A stretch of 33,574 bases of DNA, taken from NCBI GenBank assembly GCA_044869795.1, contig JBIOXT010000191.1, positions 1 through 33,574 of the forward strand. Reading direction: 5' to 3'. How positions within the stretch are numbered: position 1 is the first letter of the stretch; each line of letters opens with the position of its first letter. Under the pieces are notes generated by a model. The model had not been told where the DNA came from. It did not search any database and was given only the letters and a program-made list of their open reading frames with translations. Below, in pieces: positions 8,377 through 21,087 of this stretch. The position numbers and the translations under genes are program-made. Source of the stretch: a bacterium (lineage in GTDB: Bacteria; Sysuimicrobiota; Sysuimicrobiia; Sysuimicrobiales; Kaftiobacteriaceae).

Positions 8377-9007
8377 CGGGCTGGCTGCGCGGGGTCACGA
8401 CGACGTGGCGGTTCTCGCCCTCACCGCGGCTGAACGTCGTCACGTGCGGGTGGTCCGCCAGCGTCGTGTGCACGATCCGGCGCTCGCGCGGATCCATCGG
8501 GGCCAGCGCAATTTCGCGCTGCTCCCGCAGTGCGCGCTCGGCCATCCGGTGTGCCATCTCTTCCAGGGTCAAGCGGCGGCGGTCACGGTATCCTTCCACA
8601 TCGACGGCGATGCGGGCCCGCACGCCCGCGCTGCGCGCAACCATCACTCCCAGCAGGAGCTCTACGGCTTCCAGCGTGCTGCCGCGGTGACCGATCAGCG
8701 CCCCGAGGTTCTGGCCGCGGATTTCCACCGATACGATGCCTTCCTGCTCGCGGGCGTGCACGCTGGCGGCAAACCCCATCAGGCGCAGCAGCCGCTCGGC
8801 AATGTGGTGGGCCACGGCGGCCGGACTGGCGACAAGGCTGACACGCACCCGCGCGTCCCGGGCACCAAGGCCCAGCATGCCGCGCGTCCCGGGATCGATG
8901 ACCTCGACGGTCACGTCCTCGCGCGAGGCCCCCAGGGCGTTCAGCGCCCGATCGACCGCTTCATCAACCGTCTTGCCCGTCTCTTCGACGGCCTTCATCT
9001 CACGCAT
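8366..9007 (-). CDS. jag: Jag/KhpB-type RNA-binding protein (Jag_N + KH + R3H)
   Basis: 213-aa ORF with a Jag N-domain (GKTVDEAVDRALNALGASREDVTVEVID), a KH-like IGHRGSTLEAVELL, and an R3H-like C-terminus (RRIVHTTLADHPHVTTFSRGEG). It sits directly downstream of yidC. Confidence 0.85.
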   Translation of the reverse strand: MREMKAVEETGKTVDEAVDRALNALGASREDVTVEVIDPGTRGMLGLGARDARVRVSLVASPAAVAHHIAERLLRLMGFAASVHAREQEGIVSVEIRGQNLGALIGHRGSTLEAVELLLGVMVARSAGVRARIAVDVEGYRDRRRLTLEEMAHRMAERALREQREIALAPMDPRERRIVHTTLADHPHVTTFSRGEGENRHVVVTPRSQPVEG

Positions 9008-9013
9008 GCCCTG

Positions 9014-9754
9014 TCAGCGCTTCTTCGCGCCTTTCGGACGCTGCGACAGCACCGTCGGAGCCTTCGCGGGTACCGGACCGGCCCCATCTCCCGCCGGCGC
9101 GGCGGGCGCGAGCAGCGGCTTGACCGCCGTTGGCAGACCGACCACGATGAAGTACTCCAGGATGTACGCCAGCGTCGAGGTGATCCAGTACAAGGAGAGC
9201 CCGACGGGGAACGCCGTGGCGAAGTACATCACCATCAGCGGCATCAGCAAGAACAGCTTTGCCTGTTGTGGGTCGGTGATCGCCATGCGCTGCTGGAAGA
9301 ACGTGGTCGCGCCGACGGCGAGCGGAAAGATCGCCAGGAGCGGGTTGTGCAGCATGTTGGCGAAGCTCGGAATGGCTTCCAGCGAGAACCCCAGGAACAT
9401 CGCGCCGTGAAAGATCCCCTGCCGGCGCAGCACCGCGAACAGTCCGTACAGCACGGGGAGCTGCACGAGCATCGGCAGGCAGCCGCTGAGCGGGTTCACC
9501 CCGTTGGCCCGGTAGAGATTCATCATCTCGACGTTCATCTGCTGGGGGTTGTCTTTGTACTTCGCGCGCAGGACATTGATCTGCGGGGTCAGCGCCTGCA
9601 TCTGCTTCATCGAGCGCAGCTGCCGGCGGGTCAGCGGATGCAGGACCATCTTGATGGCCAGCGTCAACAGGATGATGGCGGCGCCGGCGCTGCCGGTCAC
9701 CCTGATGAAGAACTCCAGCACCTGCCACAGGACATCCGCGATCGCGTTGATCAC
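9014..9754 (-). CDS. yidC: Membrane protein insertase YidC/Oxa1 (short, SpoIIIJ-like)
   Basis: 246-aa ORF with conserved PLTRRQLRSMKQMQALTPQINVLRAKYKDNPQQMNVEMMNLYRANGVNPLSGCLPMLVQLPV and multiple TM helices. Confidence 0.9.
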   Translation of the reverse strand: MINAIADVLWQVLEFFIRVTGSAGAAIILLTLAIKMVLHPLTRRQLRSMKQMQALTPQINVLRAKYKDNPQQMNVEMMNLYRANGVNPLSGCLPMLVQLPVLYGLFAVLRRQGIFHGAMFLGFSLEAIPSFANMLHNPLLAIFPLAVGATTFFQQRMAITDPQQAKLFLLMPLMVMYFATAFPVGLSLYWITSTLAYILEYFIVVGLPTAVKPLLAPAAPAGDGAGPVPAKAPTVLSQRPKGAKKR

Positions 9755-9786
9755 TGGTCTAAACTCCCCCTAGTCCGCATTCTTGG

Positions 9787-9999
9787 TCAAGGTACCGGAT
9801 CGTAGCCGCCAGGATGAAATGGATGGCAGCGCAGCACCCGCCGTGTGGCCAGCATCGCCCCGCGCCACGGCCCGTGGCGCTGGATCGCCTCCACGGCGTA
9901 GGCGGAACACGTCGGGTAGAACCGGCAGGTCGGCGGCGTATACGGAGAGACAAAGCGCTGGTAGCCTCGGATCAGCAGCACCAACACGCGTTCCATCAT
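9787..9999 (-). CDS. yidD: Membrane protein insertion efficiency factor YidD
   Basis: Trimmed to [43 protein letters not shown]... (70 aa), which is the YidD signature. The ATG overlaps the rnpA stop (ATGA). Confidence 0.85.
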   Translation of the reverse strand: MMERVLVLLIRGYQRFVSPYTPPTCRFYPTCSAYAVEAIQRHGPWRGAMLATRRVLRCHPFHPGGYDPVP

Positions 10000-10334
10000 A
10001 CCGGCCGGCTCGAGATTCCTGCCTCTGTCAGCGCGCGCCGGAGCGACGCAATCAGTTCCAGAAAGGATGCGCCGGCCGCGTTCGCGCGAGGCGTACACAC
10101 GACATCGATACCCATCGGCAGCCCGCCCTCAAGGTCCCGCATCGCTTCCCGCAGCCGCCGGCGCAGGCGGTTGCGTCGCACGGCATTGCCAAACCGCCGT
10201 CCAACCGTCACCCCGATGCGCCGCATGCCCACTCCATTCGGCCGCACGTAGACGACGGCGAACTCGCCGATCCCGCGCGCCCCTTCCCGGAAGGTTGCCT
10301 TGAACTGCTCGCTGGTGAGGGACCGCGCGGTCAA
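9996..10334 (-). CDS. rnpA: Ribonuclease P protein component
   Basis: The basic RnpA-like sequence has the RNR-type motif ([17 protein letters not shown]). The proposed TTG start at 10334 overlaps the rpmH stop (TTGA). The longer 192-aa ORF would run through rpmH and is rejected. Confidence 0.75.
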   Translation of the reverse strand: MTARSLTSEQFKATFREGARGIGEFAVVYVRPNGVGMRRIGVTVGRRFGNAVRRNRLRRRLREAMRDLEGGLPMGIDVVCTPRANAAGASFLELIASLRRALTEAGISSRPV

Positions 10335-10465
10335 ACGGTCAGGCGGTGCCGGCCCTTGGCCTTGCGCCTCTTCAGCACCGTCCGACCCCCCGGGCGGCGC
10401 ATGCGGCTGCGAAATCCGTGCGTTTTCTTCCGGCGATGTGCCTTCGGCTGGTACGTGCGCTTCAC
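10331..10465 (-). CDS. rpmH: 50S ribosomal protein L34
   Basis: The 44-aa product (V/M)[43 protein letters not shown] is the L34 signature. It has a GTG start at 10465, with GGGAGG 5 nt upstream. Confidence 0.9.
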   Translation of the reverse strand: MKRTYQPKAHRRKKTHGFRSRMRRPGGRTVLKRRKAKGRHRLTV

Positions 10466-10529
10466 AGATGCCTCCCGCGGAGAGTCGGCTTCCACTATAA
10501 CATATGAGAAATCGCCGCCGGGAGCCCAC

Positions 10530-10875
10530 AGCGGGAGTGGACAAACTGGGCACAACGGCCCGCGCTGTCCACATCTTTCACACCTCAGCCTGTCAGGCCG
10601 TGCCCGCCGGGCGGGGCACCGGCGGGTGAGGCGGTGGTGGATACGCCGCCATTATCCACAGGGTTCTGCACAGCTGTGGGTAAGTCGCCCGCCCCCGCGT
10701 CCAGCGAGGCGTTTGCGCACTGACGTTCGGCAGGACAGTCCGCCGATGCAATCGAACTTCCCTGCGCTTCCCCAGAACTGTTGTCCACAATTGTGGTCAT
10801 CACGCGGCCGTCCCTGGCCGGTCATGGAATTGGCGCCGCCGGGCGACCGGTCGTAGGAGTTGTGGAGATGGCGGA
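10530..10875. other. oriC part 1: DnaA-box cluster between rpmH and the GHKL-wHTH ORF
   Basis: Matches to TTATCCACA or its complement: 10652-10660 (9/9), 10675-10683 (TGTGGGTAA, 8/9), 10782-10790 (TTGTCCACA, 8/9), and 7/9 matches at 10536-10544, 10565-10573, 10636-10644 and 10861-10869. Confidence 0.7.
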
Positions 10876-10905
10876 TAAGTTACGAGTCCATCGCGCAGGG
10901 CAGGC

Positions 10906-11697
10906 ATGGCAGTGATCCCGGACTTTCCGCGGCCGGCGGGCCCGCAACAGGGCGCTGCATCCGGAAGCGCATCTGAGCCCGAGGTCCGCGTGGCCGTCTA
11001 CGACACCCCGCTCGCCAGCCCGCGCGTCGTTTCGATCCGGGCAACGGATTTCCATGAATTCGTCGGCGACCTGGCGGCACGCACGTACAACTATTCCCGT
11101 GAGCGCGGCGGGCGTATTCCGTTTGTCGTGATCCGTGAAATCGTCGAGAACCTCATCCATGCGACCTTCGCCGGAGCCGTGATCAGCATCCTCGACGGCG
11201 GGAACACCATCCGCATCTCCGACCAGGGTCCGGGGATCGCCGACAAACTCCACGCGCTCCTTCCGGGATTCACAACCGCCACGCCGGAGCTCCGGCGGTT
11301 CATCAAAGGCGTCGGATCCGGACTGCCCGTGGCGAGGGAAACGCTCGCCGTGATGGGCGGGGCCATGTCCATCGAGGACAACCTGGTGCGCGGTACCGTC
11401 GTCACCCTGCGCCTCGGACCGGAACCCGCCGCCCGCCCGGCCATTCCGGCGCGGGTCGAACCGTCACGTCCCCGCCACGAGTTGACCGCGCGGCAGAAAA
11501 AGGTCCTGCTGCTGATCGCGGAACTCGGTGCGGCCGGCCCCTCAGAGGTCGCCAAAGCCCTGGAGATGAGCCAGAGTACCGCCTACCGCGAACTGCAGCT
11601 GCTGACCAGCGCAGGGCTCATCGCCACCAAGCGGTACGGCAAGCGCACCCTTACCGAAGAAGGCATCGCTTCCCTCGACAGCGTGTTCTTGGACTAA
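10906..11697 (+). CDS. Uncharacterised GHKL (histidine-kinase-like) ATPase domain fused to a winged helix-turn-helix
   Basis: 263-aa ORF with high GC3. It has an N-box-like [10 protein letters not shown], a G1 box SDQGPGI, a G2 box [10 protein letters not shown] and a closing strand GTVVTLRL. There is no DHp/phospho-His region. The C-terminal MarR/ArsR-like wHTH reads [47 protein letters not shown]. It ends 32 nt before dnaA. The exact start is uncertain. Confidence 0.6.
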   Translation: MAVIPDFPRPAGPQQGAASGSASEPEVRVAVYDTPLASPRVVSIRATDFHEFVGDLAARTYNYSRERGGRIPFVVIREIVENLIHATFAGAVISILDGGNTIRISDQGPGIADKLHALLPGFTTATPELRRFIKGVGSGLPVARETLAVMGGAMSIEDNLVRGTVVTLRLGPEPAARPAIPARVEPSRPRHELTARQKKVLLLIAELGAAGPSEVAKALEMSQSTAYRELQLLTSAGLIATKRYGKRTLTEEGIASLDSVFLD

Positions 11698-11729
11698 ATA
11701 CCCGGCGGGCGAACGGGCAGGAGGCCATC

Positions 11730-13076
11730 ATGGTCATTAACGCATCATCGGCAACACAGGCCACGCAGGTGTGGCAGGAGGCGCTGCGGCGGATCGAGCC
11801 GCGGCTGAGCAAACCCAGCTATGAATCGTTTGTGAAGGCCATGGCGCCCATCACCCTCACCGACGGTGTGTTTGTCTTTGCCGTCCCCACGCGCCTCGCC
11901 AAAGAGTGGGTGGAGACGCGGTATGCGGGTTTGATCCATGGTGCGCTGCAGGAAGTGCTCTCCCGCGACGTCGCGATCCAGGTCACGGTATCCCAGGAGG
12001 CGGCGCCTCCGCTTCCGGCCGCGGCCCCCGCACAGCGGACCCCCGAGGGGCTGCCGCTCAGCGCGAAGTACACGTTCGATACGTTCGTAATCGGCTCGGG
12101 CAACCGATTCGCCCATGCCGCCGCGCTGGCCGTCGCCGACGCTCCGGCCCGTGCCTACAATCCGCTCTTCATCTACGGCGGCGTCGGCCTGGGGAAGACG
12201 CACCTGCTGCAGGCTATCGGCCACCACGTCGTCCACCGCCACCACCTGCACCGCGTCGCGTACATCAGCAGCGAGAAGTTCACCAATGAACTGATCAACG
12301 CAATCCGCGACGACCGCACGCTGGACTTCCGCAGCAAGTACCGGAATGTGGACGTCCTGCTCATCGATGACATCCAGTTCCTCGCCGGCAAGGAACGGAC
12401 CCAGGAAGAGTTCTTCCATACGTTCAATACGCTGCACGAAGCGAACCGGCAGATCATCATTACCAGCGACCGGCCGCCGAAGGAGATCCCGACGCTGGAA
12501 GATCGTCTGCGCTCCCGGTTCGAGTGGGGCCTCATCGCCGACATTCAGCCCCCCGACGTGGAAACGCGGATCGCGATCCTGCGGAAGAAGGCGGAACTCG
12601 ACGGCACCGGCGTTCCCGACGAGGTCGCGGAGTTCATCGCCCAGCGGATTCAATCCAACATCCGTGAGCTGGAGGGGGCGCTGGTGCGCGTGGTGGCCTA
12701 TGCGACGCTGACCCGGGCGACGATCACGGTTGACCTTGCCGCCGAGATCCTGAAAGAGCTTCTGCCGTCCGGCAGCGGCCGTCCGCTGTCGATCCCAGTG
12801 ATCCAGAAGGCGGTCGCCGAACACTGGGACCTCCGCGTCGAGGAAATGCGGGCCAAGCGGCGGACGAAGGGGGTCGCCTTCCCCCGCCAGGTCGCGATGT
12901 ACCTCTCGCGCGAGCTGACCGACGCGTCACTCCCTCGGATCGGCGAGGAGTTCGGCGGGCGCGACCACACCACCGTGATGCACGCGTGCGAGCGGGTGAA
13001 AGAGGAGCTCGCGCGGGATGCCAACCTCGCTGCGCGGATCAAAAAACTTGTCGAGAGTCTGCGCGCCGGGCTGTAA
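11730..13076 (+). CDS. dnaA: Chromosomal replication initiator protein DnaA
   Basis: 448-aa ORF with Walker A ([16 protein letters not shown]), Walker B (LLIDDIQFL), sensor motifs and the domain IV DNA-binding signature ([16 protein letters not shown]). An AGGAGG Shine-Dalgarno lies upstream. Confidence 0.97.
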   Translation: MVINASSATQATQVWQEALRRIEPRLSKPSYESFVKAMAPITLTDGVFVFAVPTRLAKEWVETRYAGLIHGALQEVLSRDVAIQVTVSQEAAPPLPAAAPAQRTPEGLPLSAKYTFDTFVIGSGNRFAHAAALAVADAPARAYNPLFIYGGVGLGKTHLLQAIGHHVVHRHHLHRVAYISSEKFTNELINAIRDDRTLDFRSKYRNVDVLLIDDIQFLAGKERTQEEFFHTFNTLHEANRQIIITSDRPPKEIPTLEDRLRSRFEWGLIADIQPPDVETRIAILRKKAELDGTGVPDEVAEFIAQRIQSNIRELEGALVRVVAYATLTRATITVDLAAEILKELLPSGSGRPLSIPVIQKAVAEHWDLRVEEMRAKRRTKGVAFPRQVAMYLSRELTDASLPRIGEEFGGRDHTTVMHACERVKEELARDANLAARIKKLVESLRAGL

Positions 13077-13257
13077 CCGACCGACGCCGGTTGTGGATGC
13101 TGGGGACAGATACGCGAGTCTTATACCAAGCATACCCACACCGGCAAAGGCCTGTTATCGTTAGACCGAATACCATCCATCCACTCTATGCACACGCGTA
13201 TTACGACTACGACGAATTTGTATTAATACTGAATAAGAACACTGCCGGAGGATTGTT
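13077..13257. other. oriC part 2: DnaA boxes plus AT-rich unwinding element between dnaA and dnaN
   Basis: DnaA-box-like 9-mers lie at 13092-13100 (TGTGGATGC, 7/9) and 13132-13140 (ATACCCACA, 7/9). The most AT-rich run in the window is at 13213-13240 (CGAATTTGTATTAATACTGAATAAGAAC). The position matches the Bacillus-type bipartite origin. Confidence 0.65.
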
Positions 13258-14367
13258 ATGTGGGTAACGTGCGCGCAGACAGATCTTTCACGAAGCGTCC
13301 AACTGGTAGGGCGCGCAATTTCAACGCGCACAACCATGCCCATTCTCGGCAATATCCTGTTGGAAACGCAGAAAAATGGGCTCCGGCTGACGGCCACAGA
13401 TCTGGAGCTGGCGGTCCAGGTCGATTTACCGGCGGACGTGCAGGAGGGTGGACAGATTACGCTGCCGGCGCGAATTTTCACCGAGATCGTGGGAAACCTA
13501 CCCGAAGCTCCGGTGGCGTTGAGAACAGAGAAGAACTCAACGCAGGCTGAGATCACGTGCGAGAACAGCGTATTCGAGATCCTTGGCCTGCCCGCTGATG
13601 ACTTTCCCTCTATGCCGGACAACACGCCCGAGTCGATGGGAACCCTCGATGCGGAGACCGCGCGGATGATGATCCGGCAGACGATTTTCGCGGTGTCGAC
13701 GGATGAAACACGTCCGTTCCTGACCGGGGTCTATGTGACGATGGAAGACAACGAGGTCCGGTTTGTCGCCACCGACGGCGGGCGGCTGGCGCTGCGCAAG
13801 ACGACGCTGCCGGCCGCGGCGAAGCAGAAGGTCGGCGTGATCGTCCCGGCCAAGGCGCTGCAGGAGCTGAACCGCGCGCTCGCCGCCGTCGAAGGCGATG
13901 TCGAACTCTCGACGGCGGGGAATCAACTGCTGTTCGCGGTGCCGGGGCTGCGGCTGTACTCGCGGTTGATCAGCGGCCAGTTTCCCAACTATCAGCAGGT
14001 CATCCCGCAGGATTTCAAACAGCGCGTGCGGGTCGACACCGATCGCTTCCTGCGGGCCGTGCGGCGCGTCTCGATCACCGCCAGGGACTCCGCGAACGTC
14101 GTACGCTTCAACGCCGGCGGCAAGAAGATGACGATTACGTCCAACACGCCGGAAGTGGGCCGCGCGCGGGAAGAGATCGACGTCGTCGCGGAGGGGGAGA
14201 CCGTCGAGGTGGCGTTCAACGCCCGGTACCTTATCGATTGTTTGAACAACATCGATGCCGACGAGCTGTCCCTCGAGTTGACCGGACCGCTCAGTCCCGG
14301 TGCGATCCGCCCGGCCGCCCACACCGACTACGTGTACGTGCTCGCGCCGGTGAGAGTGTACGGCTAA
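13258..14367 (+). CDS. dnaN: DNA polymerase III beta sliding clamp
   Basis: 369-aa ORF with MPILGNILLE near the N-terminus and a three-domain length. GGAGG lies 6 nt upstream of the ATG. Confidence 0.95.
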   Translation: MWVTCAQTDLSRSVQLVGRAISTRTTMPILGNILLETQKNGLRLTATDLELAVQVDLPADVQEGGQITLPARIFTEIVGNLPEAPVALRTEKNSTQAEITCENSVFEILGLPADDFPSMPDNTPESMGTLDAETARMMIRQTIFAVSTDETRPFLTGVYVTMEDNEVRFVATDGGRLALRKTTLPAAAKQKVGVIVPAKALQELNRALAAVEGDVELSTAGNQLLFAVPGLRLYSRLISGQFPNYQQVIPQDFKQRVRVDTDRFLRAVRRVSITARDSANVVRFNAGGKKMTITSNTPEVGRAREEIDVVAEGETVEVAFNARYLIDCLNNIDADELSLELTGPLSPGAIRPAAHTDYVYVLAPVRVYG

Positions 14368-14383
14368 ACTTCGCACGCGACCG

Positions 14384-14614
14384 ATTCTCATCAGGACACA
14401 GACGATCGGCCTCGGGGCCTTCCTCAAATGGGCTCAGGCGGTTTCCACCGGCGGCGAGGCGAAACAGGCGCTCGCCGTCGGACGGGTGCAGGTCAACGGG
14501 ACCCCGGAAACCCGCCGCGGCCGGCAGCTCCATGACGGCGACCGCGTTCGGTTCGGTGCCGAGGAGTTCGTGGTACGCTATGAGCCGAAGCGTTCAGACC
14601 GCCGATGCGATTGA
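14384..14614 (+). CDS. S4-domain RNA-binding protein (YaaA/RlbA-like), start codon unclear
   Basis: The frame is open from 14354 and ends at TGA 14612-14614. It translates to ILIRTQTIGLGAFLKWAQAVSTGGEAKQALAVGRVQVNGTPETRRGRQLHDGDRVRF..., which matches the small S4-like protein found between dnaN and recF in Firmicutes. There is no in-frame ATG/GTG/TTG upstream of the conserved part; ATT at 14384 is used here as a provisional start. Confidence 0.55.
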   Translation: MLIRTQTIGLGAFLKWAQAVSTGGEAKQALAVGRVQVNGTPETRRGRQLHDGDRVRFGAEEFVVRYEPKRSDRRCD

Positions 14615-15726
14615 CCCGCCTGCGCCTGGTTCAATTCCGCAATCACGTCCGCACTGAAATCACGCCGGGCGCCGGCATCAACCTGTTTGTGGGCGCCAAT
14701 GCCCAAGGCAAATCCACGCTGCTGGAAGCCGTGCAGGTCGCGGCGACGGGCCGCTCGCACCGCAGCGGGCGCGATCTCGAACTGATCCACTGGGGCGATA
14801 CGTGGAGCCGTGTGCGCGCACACACGCAGCGGCGCGACCGCGAAGAGGAAATCGATGTCGGCCTGCGTACCGACATCGTCGGCCAGCCGGCCGGCCGGGC
14901 GGCCAAGGAGTTCCGGGTGAACGGCGTTCCGGTGAGTCGCGGCGACGTGTTTGGACACCTGCTGGTCGTAACCGCCTCGCCGATCGACGACCTCATCGTT
15001 ACGGGTGCACCGTTCTTCCGGCGCCGCCTGCTGGACCTGCTGCTGTCGCAGCTCAGCCCGGCCTACTACTACGCGGCGCAGCGATACGGCCGGGTCCTGG
15101 TTCAGCGCAACCGTGTCCTGCGGGGGCGCCGGGCCCAAGACCTCGCGGGCTGGGATGAGCAGGCGGCAGTGTTGGGGGCGTCGTTGATTGCGCGCCGGCG
15201 TGACGTCGCCTCGCGGCTGGCGGCGTCGGCGCAGACGATCTACGCGCAGCTCTGCGGCGGGCGGGAAACGCTCGCCCTGGAGTACGCCCCAGGGTTGCCG
15301 GGTCGGACTGAGGACGAACTCTTTGACGCAGCGATGAAGGCATTCGAGAACCGCCGCGCCGCGGAACTCGCCCGCGGGGTGACGCTGGTAGGACCGCATC
15401 GCGATGAGCTGCGGCTGCTGCTGGATGGACGCGAGCTTCGCGTCTACGGATCGCGGGGACAGCAGCAGATGGCGATGCTGGCCGTCAGGCTGGCGGAACG
15501 CCGGCTGCTCGCGGAGGAGACCGGCGAACAGCCCGTGCTGCTGATGGACGACGTGCTGATGGCGCTGGACGAGGTGCGCCAGCAGTACCTCTTGGACCAC
15601 TTGCAAGACGGGCAGTCCCTGCTCACCGTGACCACGCTGGCGACGCTGCTGGTCTCGCCGGCGGCGGCGACGGTGTTCCAGGTCACGGGCGGGGCGGTGG
15701 AGGCGCGGCGTGCTCACACATCTTAG
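14605..15726 (+). CDS. recF: DNA replication and repair protein RecF
   Basis: 373-aa ORF with Walker A (GANAQGKSTLLEA), an SMC-like signature region, and Walker B (LLMDDVLMALD). Confidence 0.95.
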   Translation: MRLTRLRLVQFRNHVRTEITPGAGINLFVGANAQGKSTLLEAVQVAATGRSHRSGRDLELIHWGDTWSRVRAHTQRRDREEEIDVGLRTDIVGQPAGRAAKEFRVNGVPVSRGDVFGHLLVVTASPIDDLIVTGAPFFRRRLLDLLLSQLSPAYYYAAQRYGRVLVQRNRVLRGRRAQDLAGWDEQAAVLGASLIARRRDVASRLAASAQTIYAQLCGGRETLALEYAPGLPGRTEDELFDAAMKAFENRRAAELARGVTLVGPHRDELRLLLDGRELRVYGSRGQQQMAMLAVRLAERRLLAEETGEQPVLLMDDVLMALDEVRQQYLLDHLQDGQSLLTVTTLATLLVSPAAATVFQVTGGAVEARRAHTS

Positions 15727-16198
15727 AACCATCCTTCGCTCCGCCGCGAAATCGCTGGGCGTGGAGCGGGCCGCCTACGCGGCACTGGCCGAGGAGCTCT
15801 GGCCGGAGGTCGTCGGCGCGGAGGCCGCGGCGGCCACGCGGGTCACCGGGCTGCGCGCGGGCGTCCTCCTGGTGGACGCCCAGCCGGGAATGTGGGCGCA
15901 GGAACTGTCGGCCCGGCGCTCCCAGCTGGCGGCGAGCCTCAACCACATCCTCGGCGAAGCGATCATCAAGGAAATTCGGATCCGCCAACACGCATTTCAT
16001 CCGCGACCGTCCACGCCGGCCCCGAGCACTCCGGCGCGTCCCGCCGCCGAGCTGAGCGCAGGTGATCTGGCAGCGATCGAGCAGGCCGCCGCGGAAATCG
16101 AGGACCCGGAGCTGCGCGAGATCACGCGGCGGGCCATGATCAGCCAGGCTCGGTGGCGCCACAGACAGGGGGACCCGGGACCCGGGACCGGGGACTGA
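15710..16198 (+). CDS. DUF721-domain protein (DciA-like)
   Basis: 162-aa ORF with a GTG start overlapping the recF end. The DUF721-like core reads LWPEVVGAEAAAATRVTGLRAGVLLVDAQPGMWAQELSARRSQLAASLNHILGEAIIKEIRIR. A Pro/Ala-rich and acidic tail ends in a GGGACCC repeat. Confidence 0.7.
   Translation: MLTHLRTILRSAAKSLGVERAAYAALAEELWPEVVGAEAAAATRVTGLRAGVLLVDAQPGMWAQELSARRSQLAASLNHILGEAIIKEIRIRQHAFHPRPSTPAPSTPARPAAELSAGDLAAIEQAAAEIEDPELREITRRAMISQARWRHRQGDPGPGTGD
16168..16195. repeat. Heptamer microsatellite GGGACCC x ~4
   Basis: ggGGGACCC GGGACCC GGGACC GGGGAC is followed immediately by the DUF721 stop (16196-16198). The next gene's ATG is at 16204. Confidence 0.8.
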
Positions 16199-16203
16199 AA
16201 CCC

Positions 16204-16479
16204 ATGTACGTGCACCTCGGCGGCAATCAGGTGGTGGCGATCCGGGACGTTGTCGCGGTCGTAGACAGCCGGGCTCTGGGGCAGTCAGAGATCAACCAGG
16301 AGTTTGTGGATCTGGCAAGGAAAGGCCGACGGATCCACGGCGGGGACCAGCCTGCGGAGTGGAAAGCCCTGGTGGTAACGGTCGACGGTATCTATCCTTC
16401 AGGGATCTCCGCGGCCACCCTCGCCAGGCGAATGACGCACTTTCGGCAAAGTGCAGCATCCTGGGAGGCCGAAACATAA
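16204..16479 (+). CDS. DUF370-domain protein (RemB/YaaB-like)
   Basis: Trimmed to MYVHLGGNQVVAIRDVVAVVDS... (91 aa). The pattern and the position between recF and gyrB match the Bacillus remB family. Confidence 0.7.
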   Translation: MYVHLGGNQVVAIRDVVAVVDSRALGQSEINQEFVDLARKGRRIHGGDQPAEWKALVVTVDGIYPSGISAATLARRMTHFRQSAASWEAET

Positions 16480-16502
16480 GGCAGGACAAGGGGTTTGCGC
16501 GT

Positions 16503-16531
16503 TTGACGGGTCCCAGACCCCGTGATAAACT
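16503..16531 (+). promoter_or_regulatory. Putative sigma-70-type promoter for gyrB
   Basis: TTGACG (16503-16508), a 17-nt spacer, then TAAACT (16526-16531) preceded by a TGn extended -10 motif. It lies ~150 nt upstream of the gyrB ATG. This is a sequence match only. Confidence 0.4.
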
Positions 16532-16667
16532 GAGTTGTGCTGCATTTGCACCGGCCTACGCGCAATTCTAGGCCCGAATTTCGAAGGAAATGCCGCTAAT
16601 CTCGAGGAGGGGGCGCCGCCTTGGCGGCCCCCTCCGTGTGTCGATAAGCCATCGGCTTGGCGCATAA

Positions 16668-21071
<4,404 letters not shown>

Positions 21072-21087
21072 CAAGCGGAGGCGATCC

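Noticed and set aside
9996-10574. The 192-aa minus-strand ORF as a long RnpA, and the 74-aa ORF (10331-10555) as a long L34.
   Set aside because: The N-terminal extensions have no homology and run across rpmH or into the DnaA-box region. Trimmed starts (TTG 10334, and GTG 10465 with a GGGAGG Shine-Dalgarno) reproduce canonical protein lengths.
16606-16635. The strong GC hairpin as a Rho-independent terminator of the recF/remB unit.
   Set aside because: No U-tract follows the stem (the sequence continues GTGTGTCGAT). It also lies downstream of the best gyrB promoter candidate, so it is more likely part of the gyrB leader.
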